A DNA stretch of 64,000 nucleotides from an uncultured delta proteobacterium (GTDB lineage Bacteria; Desulfobacterota; Binatia; UBA9968). The position numbers and the translations under genes were made by a program. The DNA lies in the NCBI GenBank assembly GCA_963755715.1, contig CAVWLW010000041.1:32001-96000 (forward strand), given 5' to 3'. Positions 42,159 through 52,189 of this stretch are shown here, in pieces; position 1 is the stretch's first letter; each line of letters starts with the position of its first letter. The notes beneath the pieces were generated by a model. That model was given only the letters and a program-made list of their open reading frames with translations. It was not told the DNA's origin and ran no database searches.

Positions 42159-42968
42159 ATGGCCTCTGTGATTGGAGTCTTGGTTGTTCATGGCATCGGC
42201 ATCCAAGAAAAGGATTTTGCCGATGATTTTATTTCCGAAATGAATGACCGCTTGATGGGCCTGCAAGTGGCGCCCGACGCCGTGGTTTGGCAGCCCGCTT
42301 ATTGGGCTGATCTTTTAAATGATCGAGAACTGAAACTATGGAATGACCTTTCGCGGGATCACGATCTCGATTGGGTCACGGTTCGACAGTTCTTTATCAA
42401 CTTCTTTGCCGACGCCATCGCGTATCAGCGCAAACTGGTCGCGACCGATGATATGTATCGGCAAATCCACAACAGGATACACGGGAATTTAGCCAAGCTG
42501 CGATCCGACCTCGGAGGTCAAGACAAGCCGCTTATCATTATCGCTCACTCACTCGGCAGCGTTATCTTGTCGAATTACATCTGGGATGAGCAAACGAACC
42601 AAGGGCTCGGAACCAACCCGTTTGAGCGCATGGAGACCCTCGCCAGTATCGTGACCTTTGGGTCCAATATTCCGCTGTTCACACTTGCCCTGGATAAGAT
42701 CGAATGCATAACCTTTCCGCCTCCTATGCTGCCGGCAAATTTAAAGGCCAAGGCAAAATGGCTGAATCTTTTTGATGGCGATGACGTGCTGGGATATCCA
42801 CTGAAACCGCTGAGCCCGTCTTATACGCAGACAGTTACAGCGGACCTTCAGATCAACGCGGGAGGATTGTTCACCTCGTGGAATCCCATTTCACACACGG
42901 AGTATTGGACCGACAACGATTTCACAAAACCCGTCGCACAACTCATCTCTGATTTGGTGAAGGCATAA
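42159..42968 (+). CDS. Alpha/beta hydrolase-fold protein of unknown function
   Basis: VHGIG, AHSLGS nucleophile elbow, TFGS, DDVLGYP, SHTEYW. Confidence 0.7.
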   Translation: MASVIGVLVVHGIGIQEKDFADDFISEMNDRLMGLQVAPDAVVWQPAYWADLLNDRELKLWNDLSRDHDLDWVTVRQFFINFFADAIAYQRKLVATDDMYRQIHNRIHGNLAKLRSDLGGQDKPLIIIAHSLGSVILSNYIWDEQTNQGLGTNPFERMETLASIVTFGSNIPLFTLALDKIECITFPPPMLPANLKAKAKWLNLFDGDDVLGYPLKPLSPSYTQTVTADLQINAGGLFTSWNPISHTEYWTDNDFTKPVAQLISDLVKA

Positions 42969-43246
42969 CGTTCGAGAGTAGACGTCGACCCTCCCACAAA
43001 GCGCCTCAAGGGCATGCGCGTTTGGAAATCCGACTGTAGGATGACCTCGCCAAGACGTATCGAGAAATATTCACAGTGCCCTGGCTTATCAACCGGATGA
43101 GCGGTGCGAGGCTGATTGTCATCTGCCGGTTCAACAAATGCCCCATGAAAGCGGAAATAGTTTCCTATACCAAAAAAGGTTGACACTTCCCGACGCGGTG
43201 ATACGATCCGCGCCGTGCACTCAAAGAAAATTGAAGGGAGAAAAAC

Positions 43247-44332
43247 ATGGCTGACTGGCCGCCGGTAATAGACGCTGATGGACATGTGTTGGAACGTCAA
43301 AGCGACATCCGCAAATATTTGGAACCGCCGTGGAACCGCCGCAACACGGGCCTCTGGCCGTCCGATCAGCCCTTCGACACGGACCTCTTCGATACCCTTG
43401 GCTATCCCGGGTACGGGCGCAACATGAGCCCGGCCCAGCAGGTCGAGACCTGGCTCAAAATCATGGACGAACACAACATCGAACAGGCGGTGCTCTTCCC
43501 CACCGGCTCCGGCAACATCCCGAAGCTGCGCGAGCCCGAGTTTTGTCTCGCCGCTTGCCGCGCCGCCAACGATCACTTCGCCAAGGAATACAACGCGCTC
43601 TCCGACCGCATTCACTGCGTCGGCGTGCTGCCGCTCAAGTGGCCCGAGGAAGCGGCCAAGGAGCTGCGCCGCGCCGTCACCGAATTGGGCTTGGTGAGCT
43701 TCGAGCTGCTTTCCATGGGACTCCCCACCGCGCTCGGCGATCCGATGTACGATCCGCTCTATGAAGAGGCGCAGCGGCTCGACGTGCCGCTCTCCGTCCA
43801 CGGCAACCGCAGCTCTTCGGCGGAGGTCGGCGCCGGCGCGTTTAGAACCTTCGCCGAGGTGCACTGCTACACGTTTCCCGTCGGCATCTTTCTGCACTTC
43901 ACCAGCATGATTTTCCAGGGAGTCCCAGTGCGCTTCCCGAAGCTGCGCGTGGCTTATCTTGAAATCGGCGCCAGTTGGCTCCCCTACTGGCTCGACCGCA
44001 TGGATGAGCACTGGGAATTGCGCGGCGAGTTCGAGGCGCCTCATCTAAAGAAAAAACCCAGCGAGGTCGTGCGCGAGTCCCCGGTCTACTTTAGTCTCGA
44101 GGCCGAGGAGCGACTCCTGCCCCAGACCATCGAGTACGTCGGCGACGATCACTTTCTCTACGCTTCCGACGTTCCCCACTGGGACGGCGAGTTTCCCAAG
44201 AACCTCAAGTACCTGTGGAATCATCCCGATCTTTCACGGACGACCAAGGAGAAGATCGCCTACCACAACGGCAAGGAGTATTTCCGGCTGAATGGCGCAG
44301 GCGCGACGCAAGCCGCGCGCAAGGCGAATTGA
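43247..44332 (+). CDS. Amidohydrolase_2 family protein
   Basis: IDADGHV, VLFPT, LSVHG, ASDVPHWD; TTGACA/TGaTACGAT promoter upstream. Confidence 0.92.
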   Translation: MADWPPVIDADGHVLERQSDIRKYLEPPWNRRNTGLWPSDQPFDTDLFDTLGYPGYGRNMSPAQQVETWLKIMDEHNIEQAVLFPTGSGNIPKLREPEFCLAACRAANDHFAKEYNALSDRIHCVGVLPLKWPEEAAKELRRAVTELGLVSFELLSMGLPTALGDPMYDPLYEEAQRLDVPLSVHGNRSSSAEVGAGAFRTFAEVHCYTFPVGIFLHFTSMIFQGVPVRFPKLRVAYLEIGASWLPYWLDRMDEHWELRGEFEAPHLKKKPSEVVRESPVYFSLEAEERLLPQTIEYVGDDHFLYASDVPHWDGEFPKNLKYLWNHPDLSRTTKEKIAYHNGKEYFRLNGAGATQAARKAN

Positions 44333-44511
44333 GATAACAAAGACTATTCTTTCAGATGTCCCGCGGGCAGAAAAAACGGTGTGACTCGAAAACAGAGACT
44401 CTCTAAATGTTCGCTTCGTCCCCGCCTGCAGTTCTGACGAGATTGTCAAGATTGCCGGGTTCGATGTTCGCCTGGAATTAAATCGGATTTGCTGAAAGGG
44501 CGGCAGGACGT
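44184..44511 (+). repeat. Direct repeat copy 1 (amidohydrolase 3' end plus downstream spacer)
   Basis: Matches 46559-46883. Confidence 0.85.
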
Positions 44512-44528
44512 GAGAGGAGGAAGACGCC

Positions 44529-45663
44529 ATGAACGTGATTGACGCCGATGGACATATCATTGAGCCGGAAGGAATGTTCGAGCATCTTCCCGAGGACTTT
44601 TATCTGCGACGCCCGATCCCCGTCCGTTTACCGACGGACACCGTCCGGGGCGACTTCAACGGCTGCTGGCTCATCGAGGGGAAAAGCGTTCCCAACATTG
44701 GCAGCCGCGGACGCACCACCGCATCGCTTTCATGGACAGAGCGATCGAAGAAGATCGACGTGTCGCTTGGATCGCAGACTCTGGAAGACGTGGAGTCTCG
44801 GCTCTCCGACTTGGATCGCTTCCACATCGACTGCCAGATCGTTTTTCCCACCATGTTTCTCGCCGCCGTAGCGGAGGATGTAAAACTCGAAGGCGCGTTG
44901 TTTCAGGCCTATAACACCTACGTCGGTCAAGCCTGCGCCAAGTCAAAGGGCCGGGTCAGGTGGGTAGCGCTTCTACCCTTTCGCGACCCGGAGGCCGCAG
45001 TGAAGGAGATGCGCCGGGCAAGCGAGCTGGGCGCTTCCGGTATTTTCACCATGGGCATGGTGTGGGAGCGGAATCTGGCGGATCCGGAGTTTTTTCCGAT
45101 CTACGAGGAAGCCGCGGCACTCGATCTCCCCCTTTGCGTTCATCTCGGTTGGGGCTCGCCGCAAGTGACCCAGCTCTTTTCCGATTCCCATGCGTTCTTT
45201 TGCTCGGCCATTGTGCCCGTGATGTGGGGCTTTATGTACACCATGGGCGCTGGCCTGCTCACGCGTTTTCCCAAGCTGCGGCTTGGCTTCCTGGAGACCG
45301 GCTCCGCCTGGGTTCCCTACGCGGTGCAGCAGATCAGGCGCCGGGTCGAGCCGCCGACCGTACTTTTCTACTGCAGGGCAACGGCGCCCCGTCGATAATG
45401 CGATCGATCGGCGCTACTACCGCGATCCGGAAGAATTCTTCCGTTCGGGACGGGCGTTCGTGAACTGCGAAGGAGACGAGGATTTTGATTATCTGTTGAA
45501 GCATGTGGGAGAAGATGCCCTCATGTGCTCCTCCGACTTCCCTCACGGCGACCCCTCCGCCGAAGAGAACTACGTCAGTCGCTGGCGCGAGAGGAGCGAT
45601 ATGCCGGAGCGAATCAAAGAAAAGATTCTTGGTAAAAACGCAGAACGCTTCTTTCATCTTTAG
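44529..45663 (+). CDS. Amidohydrolase_2 family protein (frameshift near 45365-45390)
   Basis: IDADGHI, VFPT, LCVH; C-terminal SSDFPHGD...KILGKNAERFF in the alternative frame. Confidence 0.85.
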
Positions 45664-45883
45664 CGGGAAGGCCGACATTGCGTGAATGTCAAAGGTAAAC
45701 CGATGCGACCTCGTGGTCGTCTCCGAGCGGTCCGACTCGGAGAGACGCTCTGAATTTGCGACCGATCGCGACTGCAGTCCTGACGCGCCTGATGCCAGTG
45801 AGTGGCGACGCGAATCTCGTTTTGGACTTATGGCGACTTTGCTATAATCAGCGAAATGAGCTCTCTACGGGTGCAATAGCGCG

Positions 45884-46177
45884 ATGAAAACAAAAGCAGA
45901 AATCTTAAGAATTTTAGAAGCCCAAAAGCCGGAACTGGTGCGCCGGTACGGCTTAAAAAGACTCGCGCTCTTCGGCTCCTATGCACGCGAGGATCAACAT
46001 GAAAATAGCGATGTCGATGTCTTGGTGGAAATCGAGCGCCCAATAGGTCTCGAATTCGTAGAGCTCGCAGAGCGAATCGAAGATGCTGTCGGCATTCGGA
46101 CCGAGGTTGTCTCGCGCCGGGCAATCAAACCGCGCTATTGGGAGGTCATCAAAGAGGAACTGATCGATGTCCCGTAG
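45884..46177 (+). CDS. Minimal nucleotidyltransferase antitoxin (MntA-like)
   Basis: LFGSYARED...SDVDVLV (GSx10DxD); extended -10 TGcTATAAT upstream. Confidence 0.88.
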   Translation: MKTKAEILRILEAQKPELVRRYGLKRLALFGSYAREDQHENSDVDVLVEIERPIGLEFVELAERIEDAVGIRTEVVSRRAIKPRYWEVIKEELIDVP

Positions 46178-46517
46178 GGCGATACCGCTCCTCGTCGAGG
46201 ATATCTGGGAAGCAATAGAAAAAATCGAACGTTACGTCTCGGGTTTAAATCACGATACTTTCGTAAAAGACGATAAGACCGTCGATTCGGTCGTACGCAA
46301 TCTGGAAATCATCGGCGAGGCCGCCAACCGCCTTTCGGAGAGTTTCAAGACCCAGCATCCCGAGATTGAGTGGCGTAAAATTATCGGCCTGAGGCATCGC
46401 ATCGTTCACGATTACTTCAACATCGATGTAGAGATTGTCTGGGAAATTATTCGGAAAGATTTGCCGACCTTCAAATCGCAACTTTCAGTCATCCGTACCG
46501 ATCACAATCCCGACTGA
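46167..46517 (+). CDS. HEPN/DUF86 ribonuclease toxin (HepT-like)
   Basis: VVRNLEIIGEAA, RHRIVHDY (Rx4HxY). Confidence 0.9.
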   Translation: MSRRAIPLLVEDIWEAIEKIERYVSGLNHDTFVKDDKTVDSVVRNLEIIGEAANRLSESFKTQHPEIEWRKIIGLRHRIVHDYFNIDVEIVWEIIRKDLPTFKSQLSVIRTDHNPD

Positions 46518-46558
46518 AGACTCAACAAGTCAGACTGCAGAAACCGGGATAGCGTAGC

Positions 46559-46883
46559 ACGGTGAGTTTCCCAAGAACCTCAAGTACCTGTGGAATCATC
46601 CCGATCTTTCACGAACGACCAAGGAGAAGATCGCCTACCACAACGGCAAGGAATATTTCCGACTCAATCGTGCAGGTTCGGCGCATGCGGCGCGGAAAGC
46701 AAGTGAGAATAAAAAAATTCTCTTCGGCACCCTCGGGCAGCAAAAGCCGTCCGAGTCTGAAAGCAGAGACTCTCTGAATTTTCGCTTCGTCGTCGTTTAC
46801 AGTTCAAGCACGATTGTCAAGATTGTTGCGTTTTGATGTTGGGCAGGAATTAAATCGGATTTGCTGAAAGTGCGGCAACACGT
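46559..46883 (+). repeat. Direct repeat copy 2: orphan amidohydrolase 3' end
   Basis: Encodes GEFPKNLKYLWNHPDLSRTTKEKIAYHNGKEYFRLN, identical peptide to the 43247 gene. Confidence 0.85.
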
Positions 46884-46900
46884 CGACTTCTCGTTCGAAA

Positions 46901-47122
46901 TCATTCTTCGAACTCGCTTCGGGCCACGCCGGATTGGCGAATGATCGATTGCAAGGTGCCGATACGAATTTCAGCGTGATCGGGCACTGGAACGGTAACG
47001 GTTCCCGTAGGTGTCTTTTTCTGCATGACCACGTGGCTGCCTCGCCTGCGGACCTCCTCAAAGCCAGACTTCCTTAAAACAGCGCAAACCTCCTTCCCGG
47101 AAAGAACCCGCAGTCTAGCCAA
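46901..47122 (-). CDS. hicA: HicA family toxin
   Basis: GFEEVRRRGSHVVM...VPVPDH..IRIGTLQSI. Confidence 0.9.
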   Translation of the reverse strand: MARLRVLSGKEVCAVLRKSGFEEVRRRGSHVVMQKKTPTGTVTVPVPDHAEIRIGTLQSIIRQSGVARSEFEE

Positions 47123-47336
47123 CCGTTACCTCGATCTGAGTGACGAACACTTCGTCTCGCAGTCGTTGCTTGATTTCGGTGGGTGAAGCCGACTCCAAAA
47201 AAAGCTCCAACGCCTCGCGCAAATTGTCGCGGGCTTCTTCAATGGTTTTTCCCTGACTCGCCACGTCTAATTCGGGGCAGAGCGACACGTACCCGTCGCC
47301 CTCCCTTTCAATCAATGCCGTGAGTTTCATTGTCAC
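47115..47336 (-). CDS. hicB: Short HicB family antitoxin
   Basis: EGDGYVSLCPELDVASQGKTIEEARDNLREALELF. Confidence 0.9.
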   Translation of the reverse strand: MTMKLTALIEREGDGYVSLCPELDVASQGKTIEEARDNLREALELFLESASPTEIKQRLRDEVFVTQIEVTVG

Positions 47337-47508
47337 CCTCCGTTTAAGCGTTGAGTATATCAGGGCCTTCCAATCTCGCCAACTTGACGATTACATTTTC
47401 ATGTTCCGGAATTCCGAAATGTGTTCAAAGCCGCGGCATCTTCCTGTGCCGGATCCCGGCGTTAGTCATTGCGGACACTGGCCGGAATCAAAGCGCCTTT
47501 GAGTTTGA

Positions 47509-48530
47509 TCAAACCGCTTCCGACAGTTTGTAGAACCGCGCCACGTTGTCGTGCAGCATTTTTCGTTTGGTGTCGTCCGACAGATCTTTGCGCTCGCGCA
47601 CGACTTTGATCGTGTGCGGCCAATCGCCGTCCCAGTGCGGGTAGTCGGAAGAATAAAGCACCGTGTGGTCGAGGCCCCAACGGACGGCGTCGGGAACGGT
47701 TTTTTCGCCGCACTCGATGCCGAAGTAGATCCGCCCGCTCTTGACGTATTCGCTCGGCAGCATCGTTAGATAGGGCGCTTCGTCGGCGCCGCGCTTTTCC
47801 ACTTCCTCATCGAGCCGGTCCATCATATAGGGCACCCAGCCGATGCCGGATTCTAGATAGGCGATGCTCAATTTGGGGAAACGCTCGAAGACGCCGCCGA
47901 CGATCGTGGCGATCATCGCCATCATCTGCTCCGCCGGATGGTCGATGGTATGCGCCGAAAGAAACTTGCGAAAGCGTTGGCCGCCGAGCGAATCAGCGGA
48001 TGTGCCGGTGTGAAAACCGATCCCCACGCCTAGGCGTTCGGCGGCGGCGTAGATCGGATCGTAAAGAGCATCGCCGAAGTCGGGCATCTGCGGGATATAA
48101 GTCGGCAGCACGCCCGCCACGGCGCCGCGCTCGCGGACCGCGCGCGCGAGCTCCTCGGCCGCCGCCTGGGGATCTTGCGGCGCCAACAAGGCGACGAATT
48201 TCAAGCGCGCCGGATTGGTTTTGCAAAAATGATACAGCCAGTCGTTGTAGGCTCTCGTCACGGCAGTGGCGAAGTCGCGCTCGTGCAAGCTGCCGACATG
48301 CAGTCCGGCGGTCGGATAGAGCACCATGACGTCGATGCCGTCCTGGTCCATCGCCGCGATTTGATCCTCGGGCCCTTCCGGTTTGGCGCCGAGCTTGCCG
48401 CGCAATCGCGGTCCCAGGCGTCGTTGGGAAATAGATTTCTCCGTTGCCAGCGCGGCTCGATGAATTCGCGAAGCCCAGCAATCGACTCCCGCACATGCCC
48501 GTCGGCGTCGATGATTTTGTAGTTAGTCAT
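47509..48530 (-). CDS. Amidohydrolase_2 family protein (frameshift near 48406)
   Basis: IDADGHV in ORF 48530; VLYPT, YNDW, SSDYPHWD in ORF 48405. Confidence 0.88.
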
Positions 48531-48751
48531 GGCTTGCTCCTATTCTGTGGCACGCTTCATTTGCCGAGCGCTTGCGCTCCGGCTCCGGCAAAAGTCGCGC
48601 AAACTTTTGTTCTCCACCAGAGCTCGAACATATTGCCGAGACTCGGCTTTCGTCAAGCGATTTATTGCCGGAAATGGAAACGCGCCGATGCGAATCCGTC
48701 TGGCGATCGATAGCCGTGGCATGGTTACCGCTGGAAATTTTATTCCATGCT

Positions 48752-48885
48752 GAATGCAGCGTCTCGACCAGTTTGCGCGTGATCGCAAAGTCGAACATTG
48801 CTCGGGCACCACTTGCGACGGCGGCTTGATGCGCCGCGCGGCAACCACGCCGATCTCGCGCTGCAACTTGTCGTCGACCTCGTTT
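48752..48885 (-). pseudogene. Orphan 3' remnant of an SsuA-like binding protein
   Basis: EVDDKLQREI..VAARRIKPP..VVPE/MFDFAITRKLVETL vs VDEKLQREMIASAAQRVK..PTPERVFDFSFARKV of the 25158 gene. Confidence 0.6.
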
Positions 48886-49245
48886 GCCGCAACCTTGGAA
48901 GGCTTTGTGCTGTGCGTGAATTTGACCAAAAACTCGGGCGAACTGAAGAGCCGGAAAGAAACTGGAGTGGCGTCGCAATTTTTTTTATCGTCGCTCATGC
49001 GTTAGGCAATGTGACGCTGATCGCGCAACGGCTGGCGAAATCGACACTTGACGGACCTTATAAACAATTTATTCACACTGTGTTGTGGATAATCTAGCAT
49101 CCGACAAAACCGACGCGCTGATTTTTTTCTTCTCCTTGTGCTAACGCTGGTGTACTCTTCACTTTAACTTTTCACGCACTGTACTGTAACTGTTCGTCAA
49201 CCTGTTCGAAGCACCTCTCGCTTGGATTATACAAGGAGAAAGACC

Positions 49246-49476
49246 ATGGGCTTGATTTGTCGGCGCTGCGACCGGATTACAAAACAGAGACTCTATCACG
49301 TCACCACCGAGGACGCCGGCGTTGTTTTGCTTAACATGCTTGTATGCTCTTCATGTGCGCGACTGGCGATGAAGTTGGGACTTCCCACCGTGCAAATGGG
49401 TTCGGCGAAAAGAGCCGAAAAGATAAAACGGCCGTCGGTAATGACGGACCTGAAGCAACGATCTATTCAGCCTTGA
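49246..49476 (+). CDS. Small hypothetical protein with two CxxC motifs
   Basis: RBS AAGGAG; CRRC and CSSC. Confidence 0.55.
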   Translation: MGLICRRCDRITKQRLYHVTTEDAGVVLLNMLVCSSCARLAMKLGLPTVQMGSAKRAEKIKRPSVMTDLKQRSIQP

Positions 49477-49643
49477 CCGTCGAATCTCTGACTCAACGTT
49501 TCACGGAAGCGATCAGTGATTCTTTGTACGGCTCATGGTTCCATTGTTGATCTTGTCGCCTGTCGAGGTTCCTCAGATTTAGTTCAGTCTCGAGAAGCGT
49601 CGACTCTTGAGCGCGATTGCGGATTCAAGATCAATATGGCGGT

Positions 49644-50858
49644 TCAAGTGCGGGCTTCGCTCACGCTAAGAGCAGCTGCGGCAATGGGCTTCCCTGAGAT
49701 TGTGCTATAGACGAGCGCCGCAGAGGCCAAGAGAATAACGCCCATGATGATCATGAAACCATCGTAGCTGCCGGTCATATCGAAGGCGAGGCTCGCAAGC
49801 ATCGGACCTCCGGCGGAGCCGATCTGGTGCACGATGAAACTCAAGCCCAGGATGACTCCCGCCATCCTCGGTCCGACAATCTCGTAGAACATTACATTTT
49901 GAACCGCAATCGTGCCGAAGGTAGGGCCCATTGCGAGTGCCACGACGGCGTAGAAGAAAAGCTCGTTCGGCATATCCAGGGCCAGGACCAATGTGCCTAA
50001 GCCGCGCACAAGATAGGTGAGAGCGAGCACTTGCGCTCGCCCATAACGGTCCGAGAGCCAGCCGAAAAACAGCGCCGACACCGCCGCCGCGCCGCCAAAA
50101 ACGCCGACAGCGATAGCTCCGGTTGCGGCATCGAAACCTTTGCTCAACGCGATCGCCACAAGATGTACGGTCTGAAACAAAGCTACGCCGCAGGAAAATC
50201 GCGCCGCGAACATCATGATCATCGAACGATCGCGCAGGTAGGGAAGGCAGCTTCCCCAACTTGCGCGATCCCGCCGGGCAGTCGCAACATCATTCGGGTC
50301 GCGCGCACCCAACCAACCTAGGGGAAATGCCACTGCGATGAGCAAGACACCACTGGCCAAGGCCGCGGCACGCCAATCGAATCTTTCGATCAAGAAGTAA
50401 AGCAGCGGGGAAAAGAACACCGGGCTCAGCGGTGAGGCCGTCTGAATGACACTAACGGCGAGCCCTCGGCGATTGGCCTCGTAGTGCTTGGCGACAAGGA
50501 GCGAGATGATAACGAGTCCGGCCGCACCCTTCGCCAAGCCGACCATGATGCCGTACGAGAGCGACAGTTGCCACAAGTTTTGCGAAAGGCTCATGCCGAA
50601 AAAACCTGCCGCCATGAGAAGAATCCCTGCAAGAATGACCCGGCGGGCACCCAGGTCGTCGGCCAGTTTACCAAAGAGGACGCCGCCGATTCCCCAGCCG
50701 AGCATGCCAAACATGTACGGTACCGTGGCGGTGGTCCGCGACCAGCCGAATTCCGCCTCGATGGGTCGCAGAAACAGGCTGAACGAATTCATGCCGATCG
50801 ATGTCATCGTTACGACGCCGGCGCAGAGGAGCAGAACTATGTTGCGGGAGAGTGGCAT
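49644..50858 (-). CDS. MFS transporter
   Basis: GKLADDLGARR and GWLSDRYGR motif A; about 12 TM segments. Confidence 0.92.
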   Translation of the reverse strand: MPLSRNIVLLLCAGVVTMTSIGMNSFSLFLRPIEAEFGWSRTTATVPYMFGMLGWGIGGVLFGKLADDLGARRVILAGILLMAAGFFGMSLSQNLWQLSLSYGIMVGLAKGAAGLVIISLLVAKHYEANRRGLAVSVIQTASPLSPVFFSPLLYFLIERFDWRAAALASGVLLIAVAFPLGWLGARDPNDVATARRDRASWGSCLPYLRDRSMIMMFAARFSCGVALFQTVHLVAIALSKGFDAATGAIAVGVFGGAAAVSALFFGWLSDRYGRAQVLALTYLVRGLGTLVLALDMPNELFFYAVVALAMGPTFGTIAVQNVMFYEIVGPRMAGVILGLSFIVHQIGSAGGPMLASLAFDMTGSYDGFMIIMGVILLASAALVYSTISGKPIAAAALSVSEART

Positions 50859-51021
50859 GTCGGGAGCAGCGCGATCTTGACAGCTATGCCAGATCAACGC
50901 GGAAATCACCACAGAATGGGACAAAAAATTTGGCGTGGCGGCAGAGGATTGATGAAGCTCAAATTCGCTTGACTGCCAGCTTGGTCTCCGCAATAACGGT
51001 TTCGAACCGAAGGAGAGAAAC

Positions 51022-51522
51022 ATGAAGCGAGAAGTGGCGGCGGAGATCGTCGATTCGCTGAAAGAGGCAGGGGTCGATTTTGTTGCAACCCTGACGGAAG
51101 CGAACCTGCACGATCTTGTGATTGCGCTCGGGGAGGATTCGGAGATTCATCACGTGCCGGTGACGCGCGAGGAAGAGGGCATCGGCATCTGCGCCGGCGC
51201 CTACCTGGGCGGAAAACGGCCCGCGATGGTAATGATGAACGCGGGATTTTTATTGTCGACGAACGCTTTGGCGACGGTCTGCATTCATCCGGGGATACCG
51301 GTATTGATGTTGATCGGGCACAGCGGCGGTGTCGGCGAGGAAAATGCCGGGCACGCCACGGTCGGCGCTCTGACCGAGCCGGTGCTGCAGGCCATGCATA
51401 TCGTTTACGAGAAAGTCGGCCGCTTCGAGGAGATCCGCCCGACTATTCGCGATAGTCAGATGCTCGCGCGCTCGTCGCGCCGTCCCACGGCCATTGTCCT
51501 CAACAAACAAGCCCTGAGGTAA
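51022..51522 (+). CDS. ThDP-dependent decarboxylase alpha subunit (sulfopyruvate decarboxylase ComD-like)
   Basis: VTREEEGIGICAGAYLGG..P.M.M.NAG. Confidence 0.8.
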   Translation: MKREVAAEIVDSLKEAGVDFVATLTEANLHDLVIALGEDSEIHHVPVTREEEGIGICAGAYLGGKRPAMVMMNAGFLLSTNALATVCIHPGIPVLMLIGHSGGVGEENAGHATVGALTEPVLQAMHIVYEKVGRFEEIRPTIRDSQMLARSSRRPTAIVLNKQALR

Positions 51523-51527
51523 CTCGA

Positions 51528-52139
51528 ATGAAAAGATATGATTGTCTGCGCGCGATCGCGCCGCACTTCGGCGACGAGCTGGTGGTCACCAACCTGGGCG
51601 CCGTGCGCCACGAATGGCAAGCCTTGAGACCGCACCATGGCAACTACCATTTGCAAAATCTCGGTCTGACGTCGTCCATGGCGCTCGGATTGGCCTTGGC
51701 TCTGCCGCACCGCAAAGTGGTCGCCTTCGACGGCGACGGGTCGCTGCTGCTCAATCTCGGCAGCCTGGCAACCATCGCGAATCAACATCCGAAGAACCTC
51801 GTTCACGTCGTCTTTGACAATGAATGCTATGAGTCTTCCCGCGGCGCGCCGACGGCGACGGCAGGACAGGCTGATCTGGCCGCCATCGCGCGAGGATGCG
51901 GCATCGCCAACGTGCTTACTGCGAAGACGCTCGATGAATTCGAAAATGGTTTTATGCGCGCTCTTAGGGATGACAATCTCTATTTCATTCACGCGAAGGT
52001 TGAACAAGGAGCGGGCGACGTTCCGGCGGCTCCGTTGGACTCGCAGGAAAACAAATATCTGTTCGTGCGCTACATAGAGAAAAGCGAAAACATAAAAATC
52101 CTCACCTCGACGCTGTCGCGAGCGAGCGCAACGCGCTAA
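51528..52139 (+). CDS. ThDP-dependent decarboxylase beta subunit (ComE-like)
   Basis: DGDGSLLLN...FDN ThDP-binding motif. Confidence 0.82.
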   Translation: MKRYDCLRAIAPHFGDELVVTNLGAVRHEWQALRPHHGNYHLQNLGLTSSMALGLALALPHRKVVAFDGDGSLLLNLGSLATIANQHPKNLVHVVFDNECYESSRGAPTATAGQADLAAIARGCGIANVLTAKTLDEFENGFMRALRDDNLYFIHAKVEQGAGDVPAAPLDSQENKYLFVRYIEKSENIKILTSTLSRASATR

Positions 52140-52189
52140 AAATAGGAAGTCCACTCGCCGCATTGTCCAGTTTTGCGGATAAACATACT

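Noticed and set aside
42848-44044. 398-aa minus-strand ORF and similar long antisense ORFs (e.g. 12903-13979, 6000-6953, 30218-31054)
   Set aside because: Shadow frames of well-supported genes in GC-rich DNA; no motifs of their own.
44184-46883. Diversity-generating retroelement TR/VR pair
   Set aside because: Differences are synonymous third-position changes including non-adenine sites, AAC codons are unchanged, and no reverse transcriptase is present in the window.
48540-48998. 152-aa ORF as a real gene
   Set aside because: Only the middle resembles a protein (binding-protein tail), and that part is frameshifted; treated as a remnant.
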